Of a stretch of DNA of 64,000 bases, positions 52,876-64,000 are shown one piece after another. The notes under the pieces are model-generated. The model was not told where the DNA came from, did no database searches, and saw only the letters and a program-made list of their open reading frames with translations. The stretch spans positions 7,688,001 through 7,752,000 of the forward strand of contig OZ024766.1 of assembly GCA_964016885.1 (NCBI GenBank), in the 5' to 3' direction. This DNA is from Eledone cirrhosa (taxonomy: Eukaryota). Every line of letters begins with the position of its first letter. The first letter of the stretch is position 1. Made by a program: the position numbers and the translations under genes.

Positions 52876-53040
52876 CTTGCCACACGAAGTGTGGGGCATG
52901 CCCTCGTATTTTTTGAATCTGGCGTTATTGTCAAAGGACTTCACCAGTTGGTAGGTCATCTCTCCCCAACGACACGGAACCAACATGTCAGCTGAACCAT
53001 GGCACAGAAGCACTGGTGTGTTCGTATTCCCCACAACCAC
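52876..53040 (-). CDS. LYPLA1: Acyl-protein thioesterase exon, 165 nt, catalytic Asp and His
   Basis: PVLLCHGSADMLVP...YEGMPHTSCGK; tttcag|GTG and AAG|gtaagt. Confidence 0.95.
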
Positions 53041-53074
53041 CTGAAATATACCAAATATACATAAATATATATAT

Positions 53075-54498
53075 ATGTGAGGTAAAGCCTTTACTGTGAA
53101 AATACAATAGTATATATAGAGTAATGTAAATGTTATGTGAGATATTATGTGAGGTAAAGCCTTTACTGTGAAAATACAATAGTATATATAGAGTAATGTA
53201 AATGTTATGTGAGGTATTATGTAAGGTAAAGCCTTTACTGTGAAAATACAATAGTTTATATAGAGTAATATAAATGTTATGTGAGATATTATGTGAGGTA
53301 AAGTCTTTACTGTGAAAATACAATAGTATATATAGAGTAATGTAAATGTTATGTGAGATATTATGTGAGGTAAAGCCTTTACTGTGAAAATACAATAGTA
53401 TATATAGAGTAATGTAAATGTTATGAGAGATATTATGTGAGGTAAAGCCTTTACTGTGAAAATACAATAGTATATATAGAGTAATGTAAATGTTATGTGA
53501 GATATTATGTGAGGTAAAGCCTTTACTGTGAAAATACAATAGTATATATAGAGTAATGTAAATGTTATGAGGTATTATGTGAGGTAAAGCCTTTACTGTG
53601 ACAATACAATAGTATATATAGAGTAATGTAAATGTTATGTGAGATATTATGTGAAGTAAAGCCTTTACTGTGAAAATACAGTAGCATATATAGAGTAATG
53701 TAAATGTTATGTGAGATATTATGTGAGGTAAAGCCTTTACTGTGACAATACAATAGTATATATAGAGTAATGTAAATGTTATGTGAGATATTATGTGAGG
53801 TAAAGCCTTTACTGTGAAAATACAATAGTATATATAGAGTAATGTAAATGTTATGTGAGATATTATGTGAGGTAAATCCTTTACTGTGAAAATACAATAG
53901 TATATATAGAGTAATGTAAATGTTATGTGAGATATTATGTGAGGTAAAGCCTTTACTGTGAAAATACAATAGTATATATAGAGTAATGTAAATGTTATGT
54001 GAGATATTATGTGAGGTAAATCCTTTACTGTGAAAATACAATAGTATATATAGAGTAATGTAAATGTTATGTGAGATATTATGTGAGGTAAAGCCTTTAC
54101 TGTGACAATACAATAGTATATATAGAGTAATGTAAATGTTATGTGAGATATTATGTGAGGTAAAGCCTTTACTGTGACAATACAATAGTATATATAGAGT
54201 AATGTAAATGTTATGTGAGATATTATGTGAGGTAAAGCCTTTACTGTGACAATACAATAGTATATATAGAGTAATGTAAATGTTATGTGAGGTATTATGT
54301 AAGGTAAAGCCTTTATGGTGAAAATACAATAGTATATATAGAGTAATGTAAATGTTATGTGAGATATTATGTGAGGTAAAGCCTTTACTGTGACAATACA
54401 ATAGTATATATAGAGTAATGTAAATGTTATGTGAGATATTATGTGAGGTAAAGCCTTTACTGTGAAAATACAATAGTATATATAGAGTAATGTAAATG
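53075..54498 (+). repeat. 72-bp minisatellite, array 4
   Basis: Same unit as array 1. Confidence 0.95.
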
Positions 54499-54831
54499 CT
54501 AAAGGGTTAAATACACGTGGTTAATTATAAAACATGGTGGGAAGAGGTTAGTATGCCAAGGGAGGTAACTACCGGTGCTAGTAAAACCTTTCTTCTATAA
54601 CTAAAGAGCTGTACCAGCTATGTAAAATGTTTTATTTTATTATTTAAAAGGAATTAACATAAGTAGGGTTGTTTAACTCAGTATAAATGAGGCCATGTTA
54701 AGGTGTGATTATCAATAATTAGTAAGGTCGTTAAAGACCACACACACATATATATATATGCATATATGTCTGTGTGTATATATATATATATATGTGTGTC
54801 TATATATATATATGTATATATATATGTGTGT

Positions 54832-54913
<82 letters not shown>

Positions 54914-54975
54914 CCACCCTTGCAAGCAGGGAAAAGTGGACGTAAAATGAAATGATGAAATGAAATGATATGTGT

Positions 54976-55010
<35 letters not shown>

Positions 55011-55212
55011 GAAGTTATATTTAATTTGTTGGAATTCCGACACACATAAATGTTTATAACTGATATAGAGCACTCAACAAGTTACTGGAGTAAATATTCC
55101 AAGATATTAATAAATGGAATGGTTTTATAAATATAGTTTCCATTTATTAATATCTTGGTATATATATATATATATATATAGTTAAAAGAATAGAGGTGTA
55201 ACACACAAGTTA

Positions 55213-55912
55213 TTATATATTGGTAAACGGAATAGAAAATGCTGACAAATTGTTCACAGTTGAAAAATGGTTTAATTAGGAATAAAAGAGTATTAGTGAT
55301 TGTATGGGTTAGTATTCAGTTGTGGTTTTAAGTTTTTAAGTTTTTACCGGTTGCGCATTTCTAAATGCTTTTCAAAAATAATTTTGAGATAGAGTGTCCG
55401 TGCTGTTTGCTCTGATCTGATTAGTTTTGGGAATTCTACCTGTTTTTATGTTAAAAAAGTGGCTCCAATTTGCAAAAATTCTTGTGGTCAAAACAATTTT
55501 GATTGGTCGGTAGAGGTCATGTGAATGTAAAAAATTGATTTTGCGCCAAGACTGTTTTTATGTTAAAAAAGTGGCTCCAGCATTATTTTTGTGTTGCAAA
55601 AATGCTTGTGGTCAAAACAATTTTGACCACAAGCATTTTTGCAACACAAAAATAACGCTGGAGCCACTTTTTTAACATAAAAACAGGTAGAATTCCCAAA
55701 ACTAATCAGATCAAAGCAAACAGCACGGACACTCTATCTCAAAATTATTTTTGAAAAGCATTTAGAAATGCGCAACCGGTAAAAACTTAAAAACTTAAAA
55801 CCACAACTGAATACTAACCCATACAATCACTAATACTCTTTTATTCCTAATTAAACCATTTTTCAACTGTGAACAATTTGTCAGCATTTTCTATTCCGTT
55901 TACCAATATATA
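55213..55912. repeat. ~700-bp inverted repeat (foldback) element
   Basis: 55215-55470 is the near-perfect reverse complement of 55660-55912. Confidence 0.9.
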
Positions 55913-55976
55913 TATATATATATATATGTGTGTGTCTATATATATATATGTGTCTGTGTACATATATATATATGTT

Positions 55977-56017
<41 letters not shown>

Positions 56018-56146
56018 GTGTGTGTATATATATATATATATATCTGTGTGTATATATATATACATACATATGTGGGTGTGTATATATATATGTGTGTGTG
56101 TAGTGTATATATATATATATATATATATAAAAGGTTCAGTACTTAC

Positions 56147-56322
56147 ATTTGGAAACTGTTTATTAAGGGGTAGCCATGAACTAAGGGCTACAATACCAGC
56201 CAGGGGTTTCGACAGTGTAAACCCTGTAAAAAGGGCCACTGCCCCTCCCTGTGAAAACCCTCCAATTATTACTTTGTTGCTAGGGATACCAATGGATTCT
56301 TCTTTATCAATGAGGTCCTTCA
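56147..56322 (-). CDS. LYPLA1: Acyl-protein thioesterase exon, 176 nt, nucleophile Ser
   Basis: [20 protein letters not shown]...[12 protein letters not shown]; tttcag|TG and AAT|gtaagt. Confidence 0.95.
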
Positions 56323-56519
56323 CTGAAATTACAGGTGAGACAGGTAAATATGTGGATAGAGGGAGAGGGAGAAGTAGAGAGAGAGAGGGAGATAGAGAGA
56401 GAGGGAGGGGGGAATAGACAGATAAATAGATAGATGGACAGACATATAGACAGACAAACAGAGAGAGAGAGAGAGAGAGACAGGCAGACAGAGAGACAGA
56501 CAGACAGAGAGACAGAGAG

Positions 56520-56552
<33 letters not shown>

Positions 56553-56577
56553 GACAGACAGGCAGAGAGAGAGAGAC

Positions 56578-56614
<37 letters not shown>

Positions 56615-56623
56615 CAGACAGAC

Positions 56624-56656
<33 letters not shown>

Positions 56657-56709
56657 GAGACAGACAGACAGACATAGAGACAGACAGACAGAGAGACAGA
56701 CAAACAGAC

Positions 56710-56740
<31 letters not shown>

Positions 56741-56828
56741 GAGACAGGCAGACAGACAGAGAGACAGACAGACAGACAGAGAGACAGACAGACAGACAAG
56801 ATAATGTAGGCCAGCTGGAGCTACTTAC

Positions 56829-56899
56829 ATTTCTGTGAAGCTGATTTTATTCCAGACTCATCTTCAGGACATTCGGGTCCCAAACCAAGAATGTCAAAC
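56829..56899 (-). CDS. LYPLA1: Acyl-protein thioesterase exon, 71 nt
   Basis: gtttag|G; FDILGLGPECPEDESGIKSASQK; T|gtaagt. Confidence 0.92.
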
Positions 56900-57793
56900 C
56901 TAAACAACAACAACAACAACAATAATAATACATGTTTCTACTTTAGGGGGCACAAGGCCAGCAATTACCCCAGTGTATTACTGGTACTTTATTGTATCAA
57001 CCCTGTAATAATTGTTTCTACTTTAGGCACAAAGCCAGCAATTACCCCAGTGTATTACTGGTACTTTATTTTATCAGCCCCGTAATAACTGTTTCTACTT
57101 TTGGGGGCACAAAGCCAGCAATTACCCCAGTGTATTACTGGTACTTTATTTTATAGACCCCTGGAATAACTGTTTCTACTTTTGGGGGCACAAGGCCAGC
57201 AATTACCCCAGTGTATTACTGGTACTTTATTTTATCAACCCTGTAATAATTGTTTCTACTTTTGGGGGCACAAGGCCAGCAATTACCCCAGTGTATTACT
57301 GGTACTTTATTTTATCAACCCTGGAATAACTGTTTCTACTTTTGGCACAAGGCCAGCAATTACCCCAGTGTATTACTGGTACTTTATTTTATCAACCCTG
57401 TAATAATTGTTTCTACATTTGGCACAAGGCCAGCAATTACCCCAGTGTATTACTGGTACTTTATTTTATCGACCCCGTAAGGATGAAAGGCAAAGTTCCC
57501 CTCAGCGGGAGTGGAACTCAGACCATAAAGGGCCGCAACTCTATGCTGCAAAGCATGGCGTCCGACCACCCTCTACCGATACTGCCAATCCAACGATCAA
57601 ACACACACCAATACACAGGCATATACACACGCACAAATAAACACACCAAAAACACCACACACACACACACACACTAACACACTAACACCAGCACACACAC
57701 ACACTAACATACATCCAAACACACACACACACACACACACTGAAAGACAGACAGACAGACAGACAGAGACTCTGGAAGCAAAGAAATATTTAC

Positions 57794-57841
57794 CAAGATG
57801 TCATCCTCATTCCCGCATTCAAAGAGACAGATTGAATGGGT
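57794..57841 (-). CDS. LYPLA1: Acyl-protein thioesterase exon, 48 nt
   Basis: tttcag|A; PIQSVSLNAGMRMTSW; TG|gtaaat. Confidence 0.9.
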
Positions 57842-57874
57842 CTGAAACACAAAGAGAAAGAATTAGACAGGAGG

Positions 57875-59312
57875 ACACTTTACAGAGTGTACTGGGTGTA
57901 TTTTACCATGACACCAACAATACCACTTTACAGAGTGTACTGGGTGTATTTTACCATGACACCAACACTACCACTTTACAGAGTGTACTGGGTGTATTTT
58001 ATCATGACACCAACACTACCACTTTACAGAGTGTACTGTGTGTATTATAACATGACACCAACACTACCACTTTACAGAGTGTACTGGGTGTATTTTACCA
58101 TGACACCAACACTACCACTTTACAGAGTGTACTGGGTGTATTTTACCATGACACCAACACTACCACTTTACAGAGTGTACTGGGTGTATCATATCATGAC
58201 ACCAACACTACCACTTTACAGAGTGTACTGGGTGTATTATATCATGACACCAACACTACCACTTTACAGAGTGTACTGGGTGTATTTTACCATGACACCA
58301 ACACTACCACTTTACAGAGTGTACTGGGTGTATTTTACCATGACACCAACACTACCACTTTACAGGGTGTACTGGGTGTATTTTACCATGACACCAACAC
58401 TACCACTTTACAGAGTGTACTGGGTGTATTTTACCATGACACCAACACTACCACTTTACAGAGTGTACTGTGTGTATTATAACATGACACCAACACTACC
58501 ACTTTACAGAGTGTACTGGATGTATTTTACCATGACACCAGCACTACCCCTTTACAGAATGTACTGCGTGTATTTTACCATGACACCAGCACTACCACTT
58601 TACAGAGTGTACTGGGTGTATTATAACATGACACCAGCACTACCCCTTTACAGAGTGTACTGGGTGTATTTTACCATGACACCAACACTACCACTTTACA
58701 GAGTGTACTGGATGTATTTTACCATGACACCAGCACTACAACTTTACAGAGTGTACTGGGTGTATTTTACCATGACACCAGCACTACCACTTTACAGGGT
58801 GTACTGGGTGTATTTTACCATGACACCAACACTACCACTTTACAGGGTGTACTGGGTGTATCATATCATGACACCAACACTACCACTTTACAGAGTGTAC
58901 TGGGTGTATTATATCATGACACCAACACTACCACTTTACAGAGTGTACTGGGTGTATTTTACCATGACACCAACACTACTACTTTACAGAGTGTACTGGG
59001 TGTATTTTATCATGACACCAACACTACCACTTTACAGAGTGTACTGGGTGTATTTTACCATGACACCAACAATACCACTTTACAGAGTGTACTGGGTGTA
59101 TTTTACCATGACACCAACACTACCACTTTACAGAGTGTACTGGGTGTATTTTATCATGACACCAACACTACCACTTTACAGAGTGTACTGGGTGTATTTT
59201 ACCATGACACCAACAATACCACTTTACAGAGTGTACTGGGTGTATTTTACCATGACACCAACACTACCACTTTACAGAGTGTACCGGGTGTATTATAACA
59301 TGACACCAACAC
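57875..59312. repeat. 42-bp minisatellite (reverse complement of the 29075-29670 array)
   Basis: actttacagagtgtactgggtgtattttaccatgacaccaacactacc-type unit. Confidence 0.95.
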
Positions 59313-59628
59313 ACTACCACATTACTCTCCACCTATTATCAGTTACCTTCTCTATGGCCCTTGAAGCCCACATTTACCCCCCCCCCCCCGCCCTCCACCT
59401 ACATGGGTTCCCTTCTTTATGGCTTACGGAGGTAGACAGAGGTAGTCAGGACTGATCTAAAAATCGCTGAAACTCAGAGAGGAGATGACGAAGGATCGCG
59501 ACGAGTGGAAGAGATGCGGTGATGAAAAGGACCTGTACAACCCATGCAAGCCTGAGAAATTGGACATAAAAACGATGATAATGATGATGATGATAATAAT
59601 GTAGGTATGTAAAGAGAAGATAACTCAC

Positions 59629-59694
59629 GCTGTAGGGCATACACATTTGATATGTTTGAAGCTAAACGCTCGCAACTGTTCAGCCCAGCCATGA
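59629..59694 (-). CDS. LYPLA1: Acyl-protein thioesterase (LYPLA1/2-like) exon, 66 nt
   Basis: ttgcag|T CAT GGC TGG; HGWAEQLRAFSFKHIKCVCPTA; GC|gtgagt; LYPLA1 vs LYPLA2 not resolvable. Confidence 0.9.
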
Positions 59695-59714
59695 CTGCAA
59701 ATAGAAAAAAATAA

Positions 59715-60403
59715 TCTAAACTATAATAAAGTAAGGAGTGCTGGACTGTGTCCAGAATATATTTTTTTATCCCGTTTGTAAAATAAGTTGGATTACTTTG
59801 AATAAATAATGAATAAATATTACACAATTTATCTACTAAATTTCGTTATTCTTGATTAAATATAAATAATTTTGTTGCTTATTTTAAGATTCACTTCTTT
59901 AAAATTTTCAAATGTCAACACTTCCGGTTAGCGATCGCTTAAATAAACATTCATATATTTCCGTCACTAAATTTTCTCCTAATGCAGTTTATATATAATA
60001 TCGTCTTTTTTTAATGTATCATGGATTACGTTACTGATTACATAAGACAGTGTAACGCAGTCTTCGTTCAATTTCTGTGTATTATATATTGTCAATTACG
60101 ATTTTATTTGATGTATCATATCTACATGTATATATACTTGTGTATAATATCAATATACACACTACACATGCTAGCAGATATATAATATCGTCTGTTTTTA
60201 ATGTATCATGGATTACGTTACTGATTACATAAGACAGTGTAACACAGTCTTCGTTCAATTTCTGTGTATTATATATTATCAATTACGATTTTATTTGATG
60301 TATCATATCTACATGTATATATACTTGCGTATAATATAGTGTGTATATAATACACACTACAGATGCTAGCGGGAAACCACCGGAAGGGTGGTTTTTCTGC
60401 TAG
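59715..60403 (+). mobile_element. Non-autonomous Helitron-like element, copy B
   Basis: A|TCTAAACTATAATAAAG ... ccaccggaagggtgg tttttctgCTAG|T. Confidence 0.7.
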
Positions 60404-60429
60404 TGATAATAATAATTGGGATATACCAA

Positions 60430-60578
60430 TACATACAGAAAGATCCAAGGCAACTGACCAGATATACACTGGAAGTTATGCCAGCATTATGAAATAGCAA
60501 CAGAAAAAAATGGTACAAACACACCAGAAAAAATGTCAGAGAATGACAAAGTAACCATTCTCTGGGATATGTCAATAC

Positions 60579-60580
<2 letters not shown>
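60430..60580 (+). mobile_element. R4/Dong-like (RLE) LINE fragment; second copy at ~61945-62105
   Basis: [36 protein letters not shown] (with frameshift). Confidence 0.65.
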
Positions 60581-60635
<55 letters not shown>

Positions 60636-60691
60636 TGTGTGTGTGTATGTGTGTGTGTGTGTGTGTGTATGTGTGTGTGTGTGTGTTTGAC

Positions 60692-61795
60692 ACCTCACAC
60701 CTATGCAGGTTTAGCTGGCCTCCTCCAAAGTTTATCTCGTTGGAGGTGTCTTGGGTGTTTTAATGACAGGGACCCCAGTCCTATCATGTTACAACTCTCA
60801 CCTATGCAGGTTTAGCTGGCCTCCTCCAAAGTTTATCTCGTTGGAGGTGTCTTGGGTGTTTTAATGATAGGGACCCCAGTCTCTATCATGTTACAACTCT
60901 CACCTATGCAGGTTTAGCTGGGCTCCTCCAAGGTATATCTAGTTGGAGGTGTCTTGGGTGATTTAATGATAGGGACCCCAGTCCTATCATGTTACAACTC
61001 TCACCTATGCAGGTTTAGCTGGCCTCCTCCAAGGTATATCTCGTTGGAGGTGTCTTGGGTGATTTAATGACAGGGACCCCAGTCCTATCATGTTACATCT
61101 CACACCTATGCAGGTTTAGCTGGCCTCCTCCAAGGTATATCTCGTTGGAGGTGTCTTGGGTGTTTTAATGATAGGGACCCCAGTCCTATCATGTGACAGC
61201 TCTCACCTATGCAGGTTTAGCTGGCCTCCTCCAAGGTATATCTCGTTGGAGGTGTCTTGGGTGTTTTAATGATAGGGACCCCAGTCCTATCATGTTACAT
61301 CTCACACCTACGCAGGTTTAGCTGGCCTCCTCCAAGGTATATCTTGTTGGAGGTGTCTTGGGTGATTTAATGATAGGGACCCCAGTCCTATCATGTTACA
61401 ACTCTCACCTATGCAGGTTTAGCTGGCCTCCTCCAAGGTATATCTCGTTGGAGGTGTCTTGGGTGATTTAATGACAGGGACCCCAGTCCTATCATGTGAC
61501 AGCTCTCACCTATGCAGGTTTAGCTGGCCTCCTCCAAGGTATATCTCGTTGGAGGTGTCTTGGGTGTTTTAATGATAGGGACCCCAGTCCTATCATGTTA
61601 CATCTCACACCTACGCAGGTTTAGCTGGCCTCCTCCAAGGTATATCTTGTTGGAGGTGTCTTGGGTGTTTTAATGATAGGGATCCCAGTCCTATCATGTT
61701 ACATCTCACACCTATGCAGGTTTAGCTGGCCTCCTCCAAGGTATATCTCGTTGGAGGTGTCTTGGGTGTTTTAATGATATGGACCCCAGTCCTTT
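60692..61795. repeat. ~103-bp minisatellite
   Basis: cacctatgcaggtttagctggcctcctccaaggtatatctcgttggagg unit. Confidence 0.9.
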
Positions 61796-62277
61796 CATCT
61801 CATTTCTACAGCTGAGTAAACTGGAGCAATGTGAAATAAAGTGTCTTGCTCAAGGAAACAACACATCACCCGGTCCGAGAATTGAACTCACAACCTTTCG
61901 ATTGCAAGCCCAATGCTCTAACCACTAAGCCATGTGCCTTCACTACATACAGACAGAGAGATCTAAGACAGCTGACCAGATATACACTGGAAGTTATGCC
62001 AGCGTTATGAAATACCATCAGAAAAAAGATGGTACAAACAAACACCAGAAAAAATGTCAGAGAATGACAGAGCAACCATTTCTCTGGGATATGTCAATAC
62101 ATACAGAGAGGGAGTCCTTCCCTTCTAAAAGAAGATGGCGGCGTGGGGGTGGGGGTGGGGGTGGGGGTTATCTTCACAATGGACTCAACTGATTGTTGGA
62201 TCTGTTCCAAACTCTGCACAAGCCGACTTAGAAATCAAGGCAGACTGACAAAACTGTGTATATACACATATATATAT

Positions 62278-62350
<73 letters not shown>

Positions 62351-63048
62351 CATACATATATATATCTACATATACATATACATATATATACATGCATACA
62401 TATATATATACACATATACATATATATATACACATACATATATATATACATATATACACACATACATATATACACACATATATATATATATACATACATA
62501 TATATACACACATACATATATATACACACACACATACACACAGACACATATAGACACAGACACATATAGACACACACATACACACATATAGACACACACA
62601 CGGACACATATAGACACATATAGACGCATTCACACAAACACACACACACATATAGACACACACACACAGACACATAGACACATACACACATATAGACACA
62701 CACACACATATAGACACATACACACACATAGACACACACACACACACATATAGACACACACACACATAGACACATACACACACATATAGACACACACACA
62801 CACACATATAGACACACACACACACACATATAGACACACACAAAGACACATATAGACACATACACACAAAAACACAGACACATATAGACACATTCACACA
62901 AACACACAGCACACAAACACACAAACACACACACACACATATAGAGACACATACACACAAACACACATATAGACAGACACACTAACAGCACACGCACACA
63001 AATACAGACAACCACACACAGCACACAAACACACACACACACAGCACA

Positions 63049-63080
<32 letters not shown>

Positions 63081-64000
63081 GCAAACACAGGCACACACAC
63101 ACACAGCAAACAAACACACACATACACAGCAAACACAGGCACACACAGCAAACAAACACACACACACACACAGTAAACACCCCCACACACACACACACAC
63201 AAAATCAAACTTGATTAACCAGTAGATCAGCTATTTCATATTTATTGGAAACTTAGGAAATATTGATCCCGATTTATCTTGTGATGGGTGTCAAGTATTT
63301 TATAGACTAAAATAACAAGTGCCCTTCACCTTTCTGCTACCAAAACCACCTGAAATAACCCTGTTTCTTTCACACAAAGCTACCCCTAAAAACCTTCCAT
63401 CATAATTTTATGTATGAACCTTTGTTAAGTTATGTTCCAAACACCAACAGTGTCTTTCATTACAAATATGTTAATTAAAGGGTTAAAGTGTTCATATTTA
63501 TCTACAAACCTTCCATCATAATTTTATGTAAGAACCTTTGTTAAGTTATGTTCCAAACACCAACAGTGTCTTTCATTAGAAATATGTTAATTAAAGGGTT
63601 AAAGTGTTCATATTTATCTACAAACCTTCCATCATAATTTTATGTAAGAACCTTTGTTAAGTTATGTTCCAAAGGGTTAAAGTGTTTATATTTATCTAAA
63701 AACCTTCCATCATAATTTTATGTAAGAACCTCTGTTAAGTTATGTTCCAAACACCAACAGTGTCTTTCATTAGAAATATGGCAATGAAAGGGTTAAAGTG
63801 TTTATATTTATCTAAAAACCTTCCATCATAATTTTATGTAAGAACCTTTGTTAAGTTATGTTCCAAACCCCAACAGTATCTTTCATTAGAAATATTAAAG
63901 GGAGACGTCAGAACAATTGTTAGAAGGATTGTGCAGGGGTTAAAGCCTGGGTATTTAGTGCCCTGAGCTATCTATGCAATGTGGAGCCCCTTTTCTCTCA

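Noticed and set aside
62145-62168. (GGGGGT)4 G-quadruplex motif
   Set aside because: Simple repeat with no functional context
63331-63350. Candidate 20-nt minus-strand micro-exon
   Set aside because: Does not encode the expected IFLHGLGD segment; no support

Overview
Repeat-rich animal genomic DNA, probably from an octopod cephalopod (inferred from the tRNA-headed SINEs, TA/CA microsatellites and intronic minisatellites). Two convergent spliced genes were reconstructed by hand with consistent splice phases. (1) On +, the 3' 16 coding exons (~1,608 aa, window start to stop at 32423) of a large lipid transfer protein (apolipophorin/apoLTP/vitellogenin-like) with VWD, Cys-rich C8-like and vWA-like C-terminal domains. 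(2) On -, six exons of an acyl-protein thioesterase (LYPLA1/2-like; GFSQG-D-H triad), stop at 48181, with its first exons lying beyond the window. Nearly all long ORFs in the supplied track are repeat artefacts. The main non-obvious signal is a set of type-I minimal hammerhead ribozymes (about 4 with canonical cores, several degenerate). Most sit near (TA)n tracts, and several occur as mirror-image pairs inside long palindromes, resembling Penelope-like retroelement/retrozyme relics. Also notable: two inverted 72-bp arrays bracketing an in-frame 399-nt exon pair, a splice acceptor with almost no U, a 1.15-kb phased T-tract/AG-free zone, and Helitron-like and Tx1-like insertions abutting splice acceptors in both genes.
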